Source: the human T2T-CHM13v2.0 reference genome, Homo sapiens. Taken from it: a DNA stretch of 64,000 nt. Shown in pieces: positions 39,608 through 53,547 of the stretch. The notes under the pieces were generated by a model. It was not told the DNA's origin and searched no databases. It saw only the letters and a program-made list of their open reading frames with translations. The stretch is from assembly GCF_009914755.1 (NCBI RefSeq), contig NC_060926.1; one strand, written 5' to 3'. The first letter of the stretch is position 1. Each line of letters opens with the position of its first letter. Position numbers and translations under genes: made by a program.

Positions 39608-40184
39608 GGGGCATCCTACTTTTAACCAGGAAACTAAGCTGCTTCAGTCTAATAAATGACAGCATCCTGTTCCAGCTAAGCTTATTACACAATTGAGACA
39701 CTAAGAGAACTATTAAATTAAAAAAGCATTTTTTCTTCCAAGAAGTATGTAAATAAAATAATATGATATTTTTGGCATTATGGCATTTTTATTGCCAAAA
39801 ACGTGGCTAATGTTTTACTGCATCTTTAGAGGAATGATCTAAACCATTTAGGATTGTTTTCTTTTAATCAATAAAGACTACTAAGGCACCCAGCAGCAGC
39901 TGTTATCTACTGCTAAACTCCCCCTTTACATGCTCTTCCATGTAGAAGCTGTGACTATTCTTGTACCAGGTATTCCCAAAAATCATGCCGAAAGTATGCC
40001 CTTTAGATGAGCTTGGAAAAAAATGTCCTAAGGAAGTACATTGAAATGTAGGGTGAAGCTCTAGGAAATGTTTTCCTTTGGACCTTTCTATATATTTTAA
40101 ATATTCTACCAAGAAAGTACTTTTAAAATCAATCAAAGAAATATCATGTGCAGTTGGGGATTTTTAAAAATTCTGTAGGATTAT

Positions 40185-40487
40185 GGCCGGGTGTGGTGGC
40201 TCACGCCTGTAATCCCACCACTTTGGGAGGCCAAGGCAGGTGGATCACGGGGTGAGGAGTTCAAGATCAGCCTGGCCAAGATGGTGAAACCCCATCGCTA
40301 CTAAAAATGCAAAAAAATTAGCTGGGCATGGTGGCACATGCCTGTAATCCCAGCTACTCAGGAGGCTGAGGCAGAGAATTATTTGAACTCAGGAGGTGGA
40401 GATTGCAGTGAGCCGAGATCGCACCACTGCACTCCAGCCTGGGCGACAGAGCAAGAGTCCATCTAACAAAAAAAAAAAAAAAAAAAA
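40185..40487 (+). mobile_element. AluS (Sg-like)
   Basis: Full Alu plus A-tail; flanks ctgtaggatta / ctataggatta. Confidence 0.95.
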
Positions 40488-40607
40488 CTATAGGATTACA
40501 ATTTTGCTTTTTAAAAACCTGGGTGGGGGGAGGGAAAGTAGCCTAAGATACATTGGGAACTATAGTGATTTCTGCTTTATTGCATGATTTGTTTTCTCGT
40601 ATTTTCT

Positions 40608-40915
40608 TTCCTTTCTTTTTTTTTTTTTTTTTTTTTTTTTTTGAGATGGAGTCTCACTCTGTGTCCCAGGCTGGGGTACAGTAGTACAGTGGCACCATCT
40701 CAGTTCACTGCAACCTCTGCCTCCCTGAATCAAGAGATTCTCTTGCCTCAGCTGGGATTACAGGCACGCGCCACCACGCCCGGCTAATGTTTTGTATTTT
40801 TAGTAGAGACGGGGTCTCACCATGTTGGCCAGGCTGGTCTCCTGACTTCAGGTGATCCTCCCACCTCGGCCTCCCAAAGAGCTGGGATTACAGGCATAAG
40901 CCACCGTGCCGGGCC
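40608..40915 (-). mobile_element. AluS with small internal deletions
   Basis: Reverse Alu; TSD tgttttctcgtattttct (40590-40607) / tattttcttgtattttct (40916-40933). Confidence 0.95.
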
Positions 40916-43900
40916 TATTTTCTTGTATTTTCTAAAAGGAGCTTTTACCACTCCTAAAATTGACTATATGTACATTAACATATTAACAGCAAATGTCAAT
41001 GAATGACAATAGACACACAAAAGAAGAGGGAAGCCCCAGCAGAGCTGTCCAGGCAGAGGATGGAGGCTGGAGCAGCCTTGGCACAGCACAGGGTACAGCC
41101 TGCCCAGAGAATGGCTCAGTCCCAGCGTCACAAGGGATGGAAAGATCCATCACCTTTGAGGGCTGGAAGAGGATGGGATTGAGAGCCTAGCTGAAGGTAT
41201 CTCTCCGATAAAGGAATAGTGATGGCCTTCCCAGAGAGAGAGAGGACAGATGAGTGAAGATGCTCTGGCTAGAGGTGCAGAGTGGGGAAGCTGAATAAAT
41301 ATGCACCTGAGCCAGGAGACAGAGAAGGGCAGAGTGGAAACTTGAGTGGTGCCACAGTTATAAATGAAAAATTGAACCAGGAGAGAGCATGAGTTTAATA
41401 TTCGGGGCCAGGATGTAACGTGATGGAGCTGGTTGTGCCTTGGGCCAGCATGGTTGGCGAATGGATGCAGAATTGGAAAGCAGCATCCGGATTCTAGTCC
41501 TAACAGGCCATTCACCAACTGTGCAAATGTGATCAAGACAGTCCTCCCTGCCTACAGCCTCTTCAGAGCCACAGCCAGTAGCTCTCTAATAAATGAGAGA
41601 GGCTGCCTTGTTCTCACTCACTTTTTACTCACTTCTTGCCCTTGTTCAAATTTGTCCGGTCATCCCTTGAACAATTGTAATTGAATGAATCAGGATCCCC
41701 CCTCACTGTCCTAGAGGTGCTCACATAACAGCTGACTCTTGAAAGCAGTATGGATGGAATAAGAGATGTTGCATTCCAGAATTCCACGAATGAGTGACAA
41801 TCCACGTGTGTCGTTGAACTCTGTCCAACTCAGAGTTGACATACCCAGTGTCTCCTCCAGAAGATGGACAGAATCTTACCATTCTGTGTCATTCTCACAG
41901 GACATTCATCCTCTCCCTTTTCAGGAAGATGGTTTCATATTTTCATCTGCAAATGTATTTATTTATTGAATCAAAGAAACAGCTCACTTCATTTTTTTTT
42001 TAGGTAAACTGCTTATTCTTAATTTACCTGAATTTTCAAAAGTCTGTAACTGAAAACCGCACTGTAGCCTGGTAGGAAGGGGACTTCCTGAGCATTTTGC
42101 CAGGAGCACTTGGCCTCCGATGGACCAGGAATTCTATAGTGCCCTTCATTACTAGGTTTCAGTATTTCCATTTCAAGCCCTGGTAAATACAGGGCTATAA
42201 GGGGAAAAAAAATTAATGGGAATATTTTCAAACCTTTGGAAAACTTAGGATTCGGTATTTGGCAGGAGGGCTAAGAGGGCGGTTAAAGAAAAAAAGTGCA
42301 AATGCTCAAAACGTTCTTTAAGGTTGCGTTTGAGTCCAATTTATGCTGTTCTTTTTTCACACTGGAGCTAGCAAGGTTGCATTTTTTTTCCCTCACTAAC
42401 AACTCTTTCCTTATTCTATGGAATGTTTAATTTGCCCTTTGAAAGAAAGTATGATTTGTTCCATTTTTCCATGTGTAATTTCTATGCTATTTACAGACTA
42501 AGATAAGAATCAAGAAGGATTCATGTGCCAAAAGCACACATTCAAGCCTGGGAGAGGAAATCAGAGTCCTAAGCCCCAACTTGGAATGACTTACTAGATG
42601 ATTGTAGTGACAGAGCCATCTCCACACCGGGCTCTCATCTGAGTCAGTGATATACTCTGTGCTAACAGAGACGATTATCCCAAGCAGCCAGTGAATCAAA
42701 GCACAGTCTAAACCAAAATCAAAGACTGTGTCTGGCAAAGCATCACAACTTCCAGAGGATTTGCTGAACAAAGCTACCAAAAACTTTAAAAACTGCAGTC
42801 TTAATCTAGTCACCCCTTACACCTAAATGATGACAGTGTGATATGAAAACACCAGTTATTATGCTTTACAAGTCAGCATGCTCATCAGCAAAGGATCTAA
42901 GTTAAAATTAATCCCTGTCGATATAGAAGACAATATCAAACTGGAGCCTTTTTTTAAGAAAAAAAAAAAGAAATATGTAGACTGAACAAACTCAAACTTC
43001 TAACCAAAAACAAAGTGATAAACCAGTTAATCAAGCTATGAGGAGAACCAGTTAAATCTGATATGAAACCACCATTTTACTAGAGCAAACTGTTACTAAG
43101 CTCTGTTTACATCAGCTCTGCCTTTTTCTCTTTCTCGGTAGTTCAGCTATGGATTGTCTTGTGGACTCTCACCATCCGGAATGATTTGCTTTCTATTCCA
43201 GTCTATTCTCAGCTGTCTGGCCCTGCACAAGTGCTCGCAGAACTCACTAATACCGACCACCTCCCTACCCCCCTCACCCCATCTGCTTTTTACTCTGAGC
43301 ATGCAGGGCTCTAATCAGTTCTCCATAGCGCAGAGACTACTTCTTGTTTTTACAGACAAACATGTTAATTGCCATCACACTCACAGGCAGAATGAAGGAC
43401 TGTCTTTTTACCCTCCTCAGTCCACCCGCCTGGATGCAACACAAACTACAATCTCCATCTCACCCAAGGACAAGCCCCCTCTTCTCTAAACAGCACACAT
43501 TCTTTCAAACAAAAAATCCCCACAGCTTAAACATGCACATACACAATTAACATACATACATAGGAAGCGCATCATTGCAATGATGGATATAACTTATTAC
43601 ATTGACCTTACTAGCTAAAGAGTAAGTGGTAAAAGGGATTCAAAAATATGAGTTAGAGCATCAGGGTAAGTCCAGCACTTCAGATGGGGGTCAGCATTCC
43701 TGAACTCTGTTTTCTCATCTGATCCTATAACCAACCTTTTTCTCTGCCACTGACTGTTGGGAAGCAGTGCATTTTAAACAAAAAAGGCCTCCCTTTGATA
43801 CCTCTTTAAATGTCAAGAGTAAGCCCTTATAAGAACCCAGTAGTCGGTACCCAGAGTTGGTGCCCAAACATGAAAGAGATTAGAAGAAGGTCTTGGTGTG

Positions 43901-44354
43901 GAAAAAGCCGTGGACCCCTTTCACTTCCAGGTGACACACTGTCATCACCCACATTACAGGAAAGGTGAGGCTGCTAAACGATTACTGGGTGGCGGAGGAC
44001 TCCAGATTAGCTTAAATAAATGGCATTATTTTTATAAATATTTTCAAGGAAGTATAATATTTGTCTATAAAAAGATGGTTGAGAGCTGCATTTCACCTTT
44101 CATGTTTGTATCTTGAAGTTTCAAGTTCATTTCCGTACTCTGGGGTAGCTGCCCAAGGGAAATCTGCTCTTCAGGTTTACTCTCCTAACATCGCCCACAA
44201 ATCACTCATGCAACCAAAACCTGCCAATGAAAAGCGCGTAAGGTCTCCTTCATCTAAGAAACCAGCAGTTTCCAAAACAAGCTCTTGTACATTATCCACC
44301 AGTGGCCAAGGTCTGGTGAAACACAAACTCTCTCCCATATTGAAGCAGAGAATA

Positions 44355-44790
44355 TAAATGAGGGCAAACTTTCTGGAGAGCAGATTGACCACATAGATCA
44401 AGATTCTTACAAATGTTCTTATCCTTTGACCTAATAATTACAGTTCTTGGAATTTATCCCAAGGAAATTATCAGAGAAGCAAACAAAGAATTATGTACAA
44501 GGATGTTCATTGCAATGCTATTTATAATAGCAAAAAATTGCCACTGCCTAATTAAGCAACAATAGGAATTTAGTTAAGTAAATTATAGTAAATCCATAGA
44601 ACAGAATGCTATTCAGGCATTAAAAACCATGTGTTCAAAGAATGCAAAATGGCTCAGGGAAATGCTGACAAGATAATGTTAAGTTAAAAAAGTAGGCTAC
44701 AGTATGTTAAATGCAACGTGACCCCAGTTTTATAAATATTACATATGCATATGACATGTAATATGTGTATATAAAATTTGGAAGAAAGAA
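44355..44790 (+). mobile_element. L1ME-type 3' fragment
   Basis: 'actttctggagagcagattg', 'cctttgacctaataattacagttcttggaatttatcccaaggaaat', 'tgtacaaggatgttcattgcaatgctatttataatagcaaaaaattg'. Confidence 0.8.
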
Positions 44791-44804
44791 AAACTACATT
44801 GAAG

Positions 44805-45020
44805 TTTACTAAGTGCCAAGGAATGCAATAAAACCTTTACATAATTATTTTATTCACTCATCAAAATAATTCACAGAATGAACTATTTTGATCTCTATTT
44901 TGACAGTGAGAAAACGAGAGCAAAGAGAGATTAAGTTGTCAAAGATCACTCAGGTAATACATTGGGTAGCTAGTGTTTGATCCTAGATGATCTATGTCCT
45001 ACATAACACTATCCATTGTG
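44805..45020 (-). mobile_element. MIR
   Basis: 'tttactaagtgccaagg...ctctattttgacagtgagaaaacgagagcaaagagagattaag'. Confidence 0.7.
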
Positions 45021-46415
45021 TTGTTCTATGGGTTATTTTCTCCCTTGCGTTATTTGTGTATTTTTCCAATTTTTTTCAATAAACATATTACTTTTATAAC
45101 CAGTTTTTAAAAGGTTCTTAATAGTGTGCAAAGTGAGAGTGATTAGCATAAGTACTGAAATTAAATTCATATTCTTACTGAAATGAACAGGGTATTTTTG
45201 ATTTGTTAAAAGCAGAATACAGTTTTGTTTTTTTTTAACTCTATTCATTAATTATTTAGATTCTGAAAATGTACCACTTGCTTTGCCTTTTATAAGTTTT
45301 GGCACTTTTATGCTTAATATGGCATTTTGTGAAGCAGAAGGGGAGAACTGAAGTGGGGATTTCTTAAAAGATAAGTAAAAATACAGACAGGGATTTTCTA
45401 GGTGTCTTCAATCTTCCTAATAGAAGGTAAGGTAAACTTCTAGGAGTGAGTCGAGCAGGGGTGGAAATTAAAATTACGGAGAGTAAAAGATCTGAAATAA
45501 CTGCCATGATGTGAACAATAAGAAGTAAATAAAGAATGGAATATTATGGTTTTTAATAATGATGACAAAGGACACATGAACAGGGAGAAGCCTCCAGGTT
45601 TGCGAGCACTTGCATGGTGGGTGGAAGTTGGGATGTCTGGCTGAAGATGGATAAGTTTCTTCATAGAGCATCACCTGGGCAGCAGCGTGGTTTTGGCCAT
45701 GAAGCCTGTGATGGGCAGAGGAGCAGCGCCCATCCAGGAAGGGCCCGTGCCAAAGGCCTCCAAAGGCAGATGGAGGGCAGAGATGATGGTGGGCGAGGAG
45801 AACATGGTACCTGAGACCCCACAGACACAGTTAGATCTGTTAAGTCGACTGGCAGTGTAGCAGAAGTGAAAGGAGACATCTAGGAGTGGACACTGGAAAT
45901 GCAGGAGCAGGGGAAGGAGCGCCCATAGGTGGATCTGACACACTGGAGGAAGCTGGCTGTGGTCCAAGAGGGATCGGGGGCCCTGCTGCCATGAGTTTTC
46001 ATCAGATGGCATGGATTTCCAGTAAGGAAAAGGAGTAAATTGGGGTATAATTGTGATGTATTATGAAAACAAGTGTTAGGCAATGCATAATACAATCCCT
46101 TTTAAAAGTTTAATGCTGAATGGCAATACTACATCAACAGGCCACCCTAAAACAGGGGAAAATATATGTGAATTCTGGGGTATTATAGAGCCATTAAAAT
46201 TATGCTGATTAAATTGTAAGAACATACTCAAGGAAATTTATACAAAGCTATACATATGCAAATTTGTATATAAATTTATAACATACAAATTTATAATAAA
46301 GAAAATATTCAGAACATGTATATAATATCTTATTAGTTTTTCTTAAATTCATAAAGCAGAAATTAGCAGGAAACACCTCTGAAGATCGGTGGCAATTTCT
46401 ATCAAGGTCGAAGGG

Positions 46416-47075
<660 letters not shown>

Positions 47076-47384
47076 CACAGAGGAAGGTTACAAGGGATAT
47101 TTTTCTTCTCAATGCCTCTAAGTTGTTTCTGAATTTTCTCAGAAAATAAAATATTTGGAAAATCCTTTGACGGCTCTGATTGAAATCATAACCACCATCT
47201 TGGTCCACCACAATGAACTGCCACGACACCCATCACCTCTCTCACAGCCCTTCTTCTCTCCCCGCTGGTACACACACCCCCTCTCACATATGCATGTATG
47301 CACACACGTAGTCAGTGCCTGGGTCACCACTCCATGCTTAGCATTTATCATCCTACCTGTTTCTGATTCCTGGTCTTTATGGCC

Positions 47385-47740
47385 TTAGTGATCTTCCCCT
47401 GACACCCAAACTCTGATCTCTAATAACTGAATCCCAACCACATTTCGAGGCCCATCAGAAGTGCTACCACCCCCCTGAAGTTTTCCTCCATCCTTTCATG
47501 GAGAATAATTTAGCTGCCTATTCTGTAGCTCTGCAGCACTTCAAATCTCTTTTCTATTACCACATTGTATCCTATACAGTGATTTGTGTGCATATAGCTT
47601 TCCTCCATCCAAGCCTAGCCTTCTCCATGGCTGGAACTCTCATCTTTGTATATCCACATCTACTTCCTTCCATCAGTCTCTAGCATCTAGTATCTGCAAT
47701 ATAGTAAGCATGCAACAAGTATTTACTGAATTGATTTGAA
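47385..47740 (+). mobile_element. L2 3' fragment
   Basis: 'catctttgtatatccac...tctagcatctagtatctgcaatatagtaagcatgcaacaagtatttactgaattgatttgaa'. Confidence 0.65.
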
Positions 47741-48044
47741 AATCTCCCCCCAAAGAACAATGAGAGGTGTGATTTCCTTCTTTCAGTTTGACCACTGGAG
47801 CTCTTGAATGTGGAAGCTGTAACCTCCCTAGGAAAATGAACAGAAACTAAAGTATCTTTGGAGAAAGACAAAGGCCAGTCCTGTTAAGAATTTAAAAGAA
47901 GAGATGAAAAATGTGTTTCTGATCTCTAGGCTCTGCCCGCCGCGAGGCAGCGAGATTCTGGAAGACAGATCAGAGTCTGGGGAAGGGGATGACAGCAGGA
48001 ATACAACTTCACCTGCGGACAGCAGGGCTTAAGAGACGTGCATT

Positions 48045-48556
48045 TAACAAAGTGGTGCTGAAGGCCAAGAAGGAAGCTCCTTCCTCCCCTCGAGATGAAG
48101 CCAAAGCAGAAGCTCTGAAGGCCAAGAAGGCACTGCTGAAAGGCATCCACAGCCACACACGCACACACACACACAAAACATCCACATGTCACTCACCTTC
48201 CAGCAGCCCAAGATACCAACACTCCGAAGGCAGCCCCAGGAGGAAGTAGCTTAACCATGCTTCCATCAAGTTCCCCCAGCCACTGAGTCTGCCATGAGGA
48301 AGCTAGATGAAAGAAAACACTTGTGCTCATTGGGGATGTTAAAGCCAACAAGCACCAAATCAAACAGGTTGTGAAGAAGCTCTCTGACATTGATGTGGCC
48401 AAGTCCACATCCTGATCAGCCCTGATGGAGAGAAGAAGGCATATGTTCCACTGGCTCCTGATTAAGATGCTTCGGATGTTGCCAACAAAATCGAGATCAT
48501 CTAAACCAAGTCCAGCTGGCTAATTCTAAATATGTATCTTTACACCATAAAAAAAA
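48045..48556 (+). pseudogene. RPL23AP: Processed (intronless) pseudogene of 60S ribosomal protein L23a (uL23)
   Basis: [32 protein letters not shown] matches the RPL23A N-terminus; downstream [32 protein letters not shown] and DVANKIEII* (TAA 48502-48504). Start ATG is GTG (48052), with frameshifts and a TAC>TAA stop near 48463. 3'UTR, A-tail and TSD aagagacgtgcatt (48031-48044) / atgaaacgtgcact (48556-48569). Pseudogene number cannot be determined. Confidence 0.96.
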
Positions 48557-51500
48557 TGAAACGTGCACTCAAGGCTTCTTCTCCACCACGGGATGACGTG
48601 CTAAGTGGAATGAAAATGAATGAGAGAAGAGGAGAGGCACCTGTAGTGTTTTAGGAGATAATTAAGTCACTGAGAAGAAGGAGAAGGAATCACTGTGCGT
48701 ACTGGGTCCTGCATCAACACACGCAGGTAACCACAGTCCGCTAAGCGGACCCCAGGAAATAGAATGGAATGTATCCTTGGATCCAGAAGCTTCCTCTCCT
48801 AACCAATATAATTTTAATCTGAATTTTTGGCAAATTATTTAAATCCAAATACTTAGTTTTATTTTCCTACAATCATTTCCTAATCTGGTTCTTCATAATC
48901 ATATCTTAAGCAACCTGTAGTCAATGCATTCACTAAAATTCTAAGCAGGAAAATGATATCCAGCTTTTTTGTTTACCTATTTAAGATATACAGGGACTAA
49001 ATGCTAACAATAGTATTGTCTGTTGTCCTGCAGCTGGTACTAGAGAGTCTATTTAACCACACTAACATCTTCCTAGGAAGCTACAGTTTTAATATGGAAT
49101 AATTCAACATATTCATTATCACCTATTTACACTCATGTAAACCAATGCTCCCTGAGTAACCAAACTTTAAAATGTTAATATAAACATTATGCCTCTTTTA
49201 ATTGCAATAGACACATTCCTAAGTAACTTGATTCCAACAAGACCCTTTACCAATAAACAAAAAACACATTTTGGGCAGCTTTCCTGTACAGTACATAGTA
49301 AGGAAGAAAGTGAACGATTTCCACAGCAAGGACCAGCAAGACGACTTGCACTCTCTAAGTTCTGAGGCCAACGTTGTAGATTCAAACTCTCCCCAATCAC
49401 CAGTTTGGTTCTCAGAACGTCTAGAACGTAAGGGGAGGTTTGAACTTGGCTGGAACTTATGGGTCAGATCTGGAAAGTTATAAAAAGGTGCAAACCATCA
49501 GGGTTTATCTAAATGTTGGCCTTTCCAGAAATTATTTCCATCATGTTGGAGAAGGAAGGGCCCAGGCCATTTTCATGAAAGCCAGTTACTGAACTGACCA
49601 GCTCGGCTGGGACCACACAGCCTGGCCCAGTCATCCCTGGGAGTCACCAAGCACAGGTTGAGGTGACTGGCGTTTATTTGGATCACTGAAATAATAAGCA
49701 ATTCCAGAGGAATTTGTTTTTACTAACTACTTGGATAATATGATGTGACAGGATTGCATTCCCACATGAAAAACTGAGAAGAATTCTTGGTGTCAACTGA
49801 AGAGACTGCTTGACTTCTTATTACAATGGATTTTCTTTCTCCGAAGCCCAAAGTCTTTTAAGTGTATGTGTGTGTGTTCCAATTTAGGCTTTAGTTCACT
49901 AATTAGCCGACAGTTACCATAAAATTGCTTTCTTCCTTTCCAACCTTGATGAAGTTTTTACTAAGTCCATCATTACTCAAACCCCATTAAAACTGCTGAG
50001 TTTACAGAGGAAAGAGATCTCGAAAAAGATAAGACTTTGTTAATATTTTAATCAGCATTTCTGGTACAGTATTTATTCCCGAACACCAGCATTTATTCTC
50101 ACAATACCAGTGTAGTTTAAGTGTTTGGTTTTGAAGGTTTTTGCTTTGGGCATGAAAGCTACCACCATACTTGCTTTTGCTTTTGTTTTTGTTTTTCAGA
50201 AAGTGTGTATGAAAAATACTAGACAGGTCTTTCACTTGGAGACTTGTGTACTACAGCACACATTTGATTTACTTGGGCAGAACCACTTAATCACTGGGTA
50301 TTGGCTTTGGTAAGTTTGTGTGGCCCAGCTGTCTTTTTAAATTTATCTTGGGAATAGTTTCCTCTTCCCCTGCAATGGAAAGAAATTGAATCCTTGTCAA
50401 TATGACATTCATGTCATTGCATTGAGGAACACAAAATAGATGAGGGTTGATCATGTTTCTTTAAACTTTGGAGAAAAAAAAACAGTAAGAACTGTAAACA
50501 TTGACTCTACAGGTACTTTGGTGTTCTCCTAAGTGGTCTTCAATTAACACTCTGACAGTTGGTGAAGTCTGTTCAAACATAATTTTTAAGATTGTGTTAA
50601 CTACATAAGTGGAAATTTTAAATATTTATAAAGTGGCTTATATATAGACTGTAAACATTGTTAGGCTAAAAATCCTATTATTTATGGAATTAATGAAATA
50701 AAGAACAAAGTAGCATTTATTCTCTTACCAAGGTACTAACCTTATAAAGGCAAATAGAGACATAGTTAATGTTAGGGCTGGGATTTAACTAAGAAGTTCT
50801 AGGGGGGCAAACAAGGCTTCATTTTGAATTTGTGACAGTACATCATCCTTACGATTCCTTCATTTTTCTGTGGTTGCCATAAGGTATGTGGTGTTTGCCA
50901 GTAAGTAATTTTATGACAAGGCCAAAACTAAAAATCCAAGCCCCAAGTGACTCTTAGTCCAAAGGCTGTGGAAGTTAATGTGGAACAGTGTCAAAAACCT
51001 CCAAATTGGAATTCAGAGAACTCAGATCAGGTGCCTATTTAGTCCCAGTTTTTCACATGGCTAATTTGATATGGATTTAGTAGTTACTAATTCATGCTTA
51101 GTCATAGATAGTAATCGTGAGGAAGCCAGATCCTCTCTGGGTCTGTTTCCTTAGCAGAGCACCCAAAGCTCCACGGCCCCTGAGTTCCTTTCAACAATGA
51201 CATCTTTGCAGCAGTCCCGATCTACAAGCAGAGTGTGGTCCAAATGCTGCGTGTATCTTTAGAAGGTTTTTAAGACAAAGGGAATGGCCCTAAAGGAACT
51301 GAAAAGCATGAGGAGACCACTCTAGACCTCAAAGGAGATGCAAGGTTGATGGAAGATTAAAGCTGCTGAAAACAAAGAGAAACGATTCTTTCAAGGTACA
51401 GAACCTCAGAATGTCATGAAGTAACCACATGAATGAGAAAAATAACCAACAAGATAGACAGAACCATTGCCTTCCATCTGCTGTTGTCTGCTGAATGTCT

Positions 51501-51654
51501 GTATTTAACGATCATTTGCCATTGATAATGATTAATTCATGTCACATTATTTTCTCCATAGGCAAATGCCCTCCTATATTCAAGAAAAACTGTCCTTGTG
51601 AAATTGAATTGGACTACATTCATTAAGATTTAAATGTATCTCTATCTTTTGATA

Positions 51655-51880
51655 TAACTATAAGCCTTTACTGAGCACTCACTGTGTCCCAAGAATTGCT
51701 TTAAATGTTTTCACTGCACTAATCTTCACAACAGTTCTATGAGTGAGCTTCATTATCGACCACATCCTGCAGAAGCACAGAGAGGGTCAGTAAGTCACCA
51801 AGCGCTGCCCAGCTGGTGAATGATGGAGCCAGAATGCAAACACAGGCAGCTGGACTCTCCAGCTTGAACTTTTTCACAGC
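51655..51880 (-). mobile_element. MIR
   Basis: 'tttactgagcactcactgtgtcccaag...taatcttcacaacagttctatgag...gcacagagagggtcagtaag...cagctggtgaatgatggagccagaatgcaaacacaggcagctggactc'. Confidence 0.85.
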
Positions 51881-53239
51881 TACATGTTTATCACACGTAT
51901 CTGCTCATATTTTATTTCTAACTGAAGTCTGGGAGTATGGGACATTTGGGCATAATGCAGTTACTTTTCAAGAACACAAGAATTAAAAATATAAAATGTC
52001 ACCTGTGAATCAATGAAGAAAAATAATTGAGGAAGTGATGTTATTTTTTTAATGTGCTATCTGCTAAATTTGAAAATCAAAGACAAAATTTTCAAGAATC
52101 TTTGCCTTGCCACGGATGAAACCATAGAGTGTTGTTAAGCTAGCAAGATTAGTTACTTCTATATTTGAAGTAGGTCGATTCTGTACCTCTGGACTTGATT
52201 CAGTAATAAATGGACTGTATGTCTGGATAGCAAATTGTGTGCTATTGTTAGGTATAAGGAACAGAGACTAAGAGGCTGAGCTGTCGCCTTTCACCCATGG
52301 CAGTGGCTCAGTGCCTTCATTCACACGCTCCGGGAACTTTCCCTTCCAGACAATGTCCTATAAAAAACCTACTAGTGCTCTCCAGAGAATCATTTCTACA
52401 AGTCCAGTGTTTAATGTTTTTAAATGACAATAGGTGAATGTCAGTAGCAAGCCAAATACCATTTCCTGGAATGGTGTGGCAAAGTATTACACTTGGATAC
52501 ATTTTTTTTTGTTACATACCACATAGTAGGCTCTCTATAAATACTGGATAAATTAAATAGATTTGATAAGCAAAAACAAAGAAGCATTTTCTATAGGAAT
52601 CATCCTCAGACTTCAAGACACATTTTTTGAATATCTTTCTAATAGTTTAATTGATTTTCTTTCATTTTCCAAAATTGATATCTATTATTGCTCACCTATT
52701 GGTATAGATCTATAGATAGATCAAATTATTGCGATTTGGAGAGGAGCATTGACAATACAAGCCCAGGTTTTTATCCTGTGAGAAAACATCCAATAAGTAA
52801 TGATGTATTTTTTAAAAGGCCAATTTAATAACAAATCAAAATTCTGTTTTGTTTCGGAAAGAAGAGGCAGAATGATAATTCTCTTAAGGTACATAAGAAT
52901 TTTACTAATGAAAAGATTCATTCATAGTATCTGGATAAAAGAAGAAAGGGAAGGAGAGAAGGGAGGTAAAATGAAAATGAAAACAAAAAGGAGAGGGGCA
53001 AACAGAAATTTTCTTCCCAAGCAGCAACTGTGGAGGAAGGCCAGTGTTCTGAGAATGTCGATTGTGTGGATGTGTGCTAAACTTTATTTTTATTTTTCAC
53101 TTGTCTTGTTCAACATAATGGAAAATCTATGGCAAAACTTTAACCAGTGTTAATTCACGTCCACCAAAAGAATTGCACACCTCTATATCCATGTAAGATG
53201 GACCACATAATACTAAAATGCTCAATCATACCTCATTAA

Positions 53240-53547
<308 letters not shown>

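Noticed and set aside
47989-48249. 86-aa ORF as a functional RPL23A retrogene
   Set aside because: Native start lost, frameshift after the CA repeat, internal deletion and premature stop.
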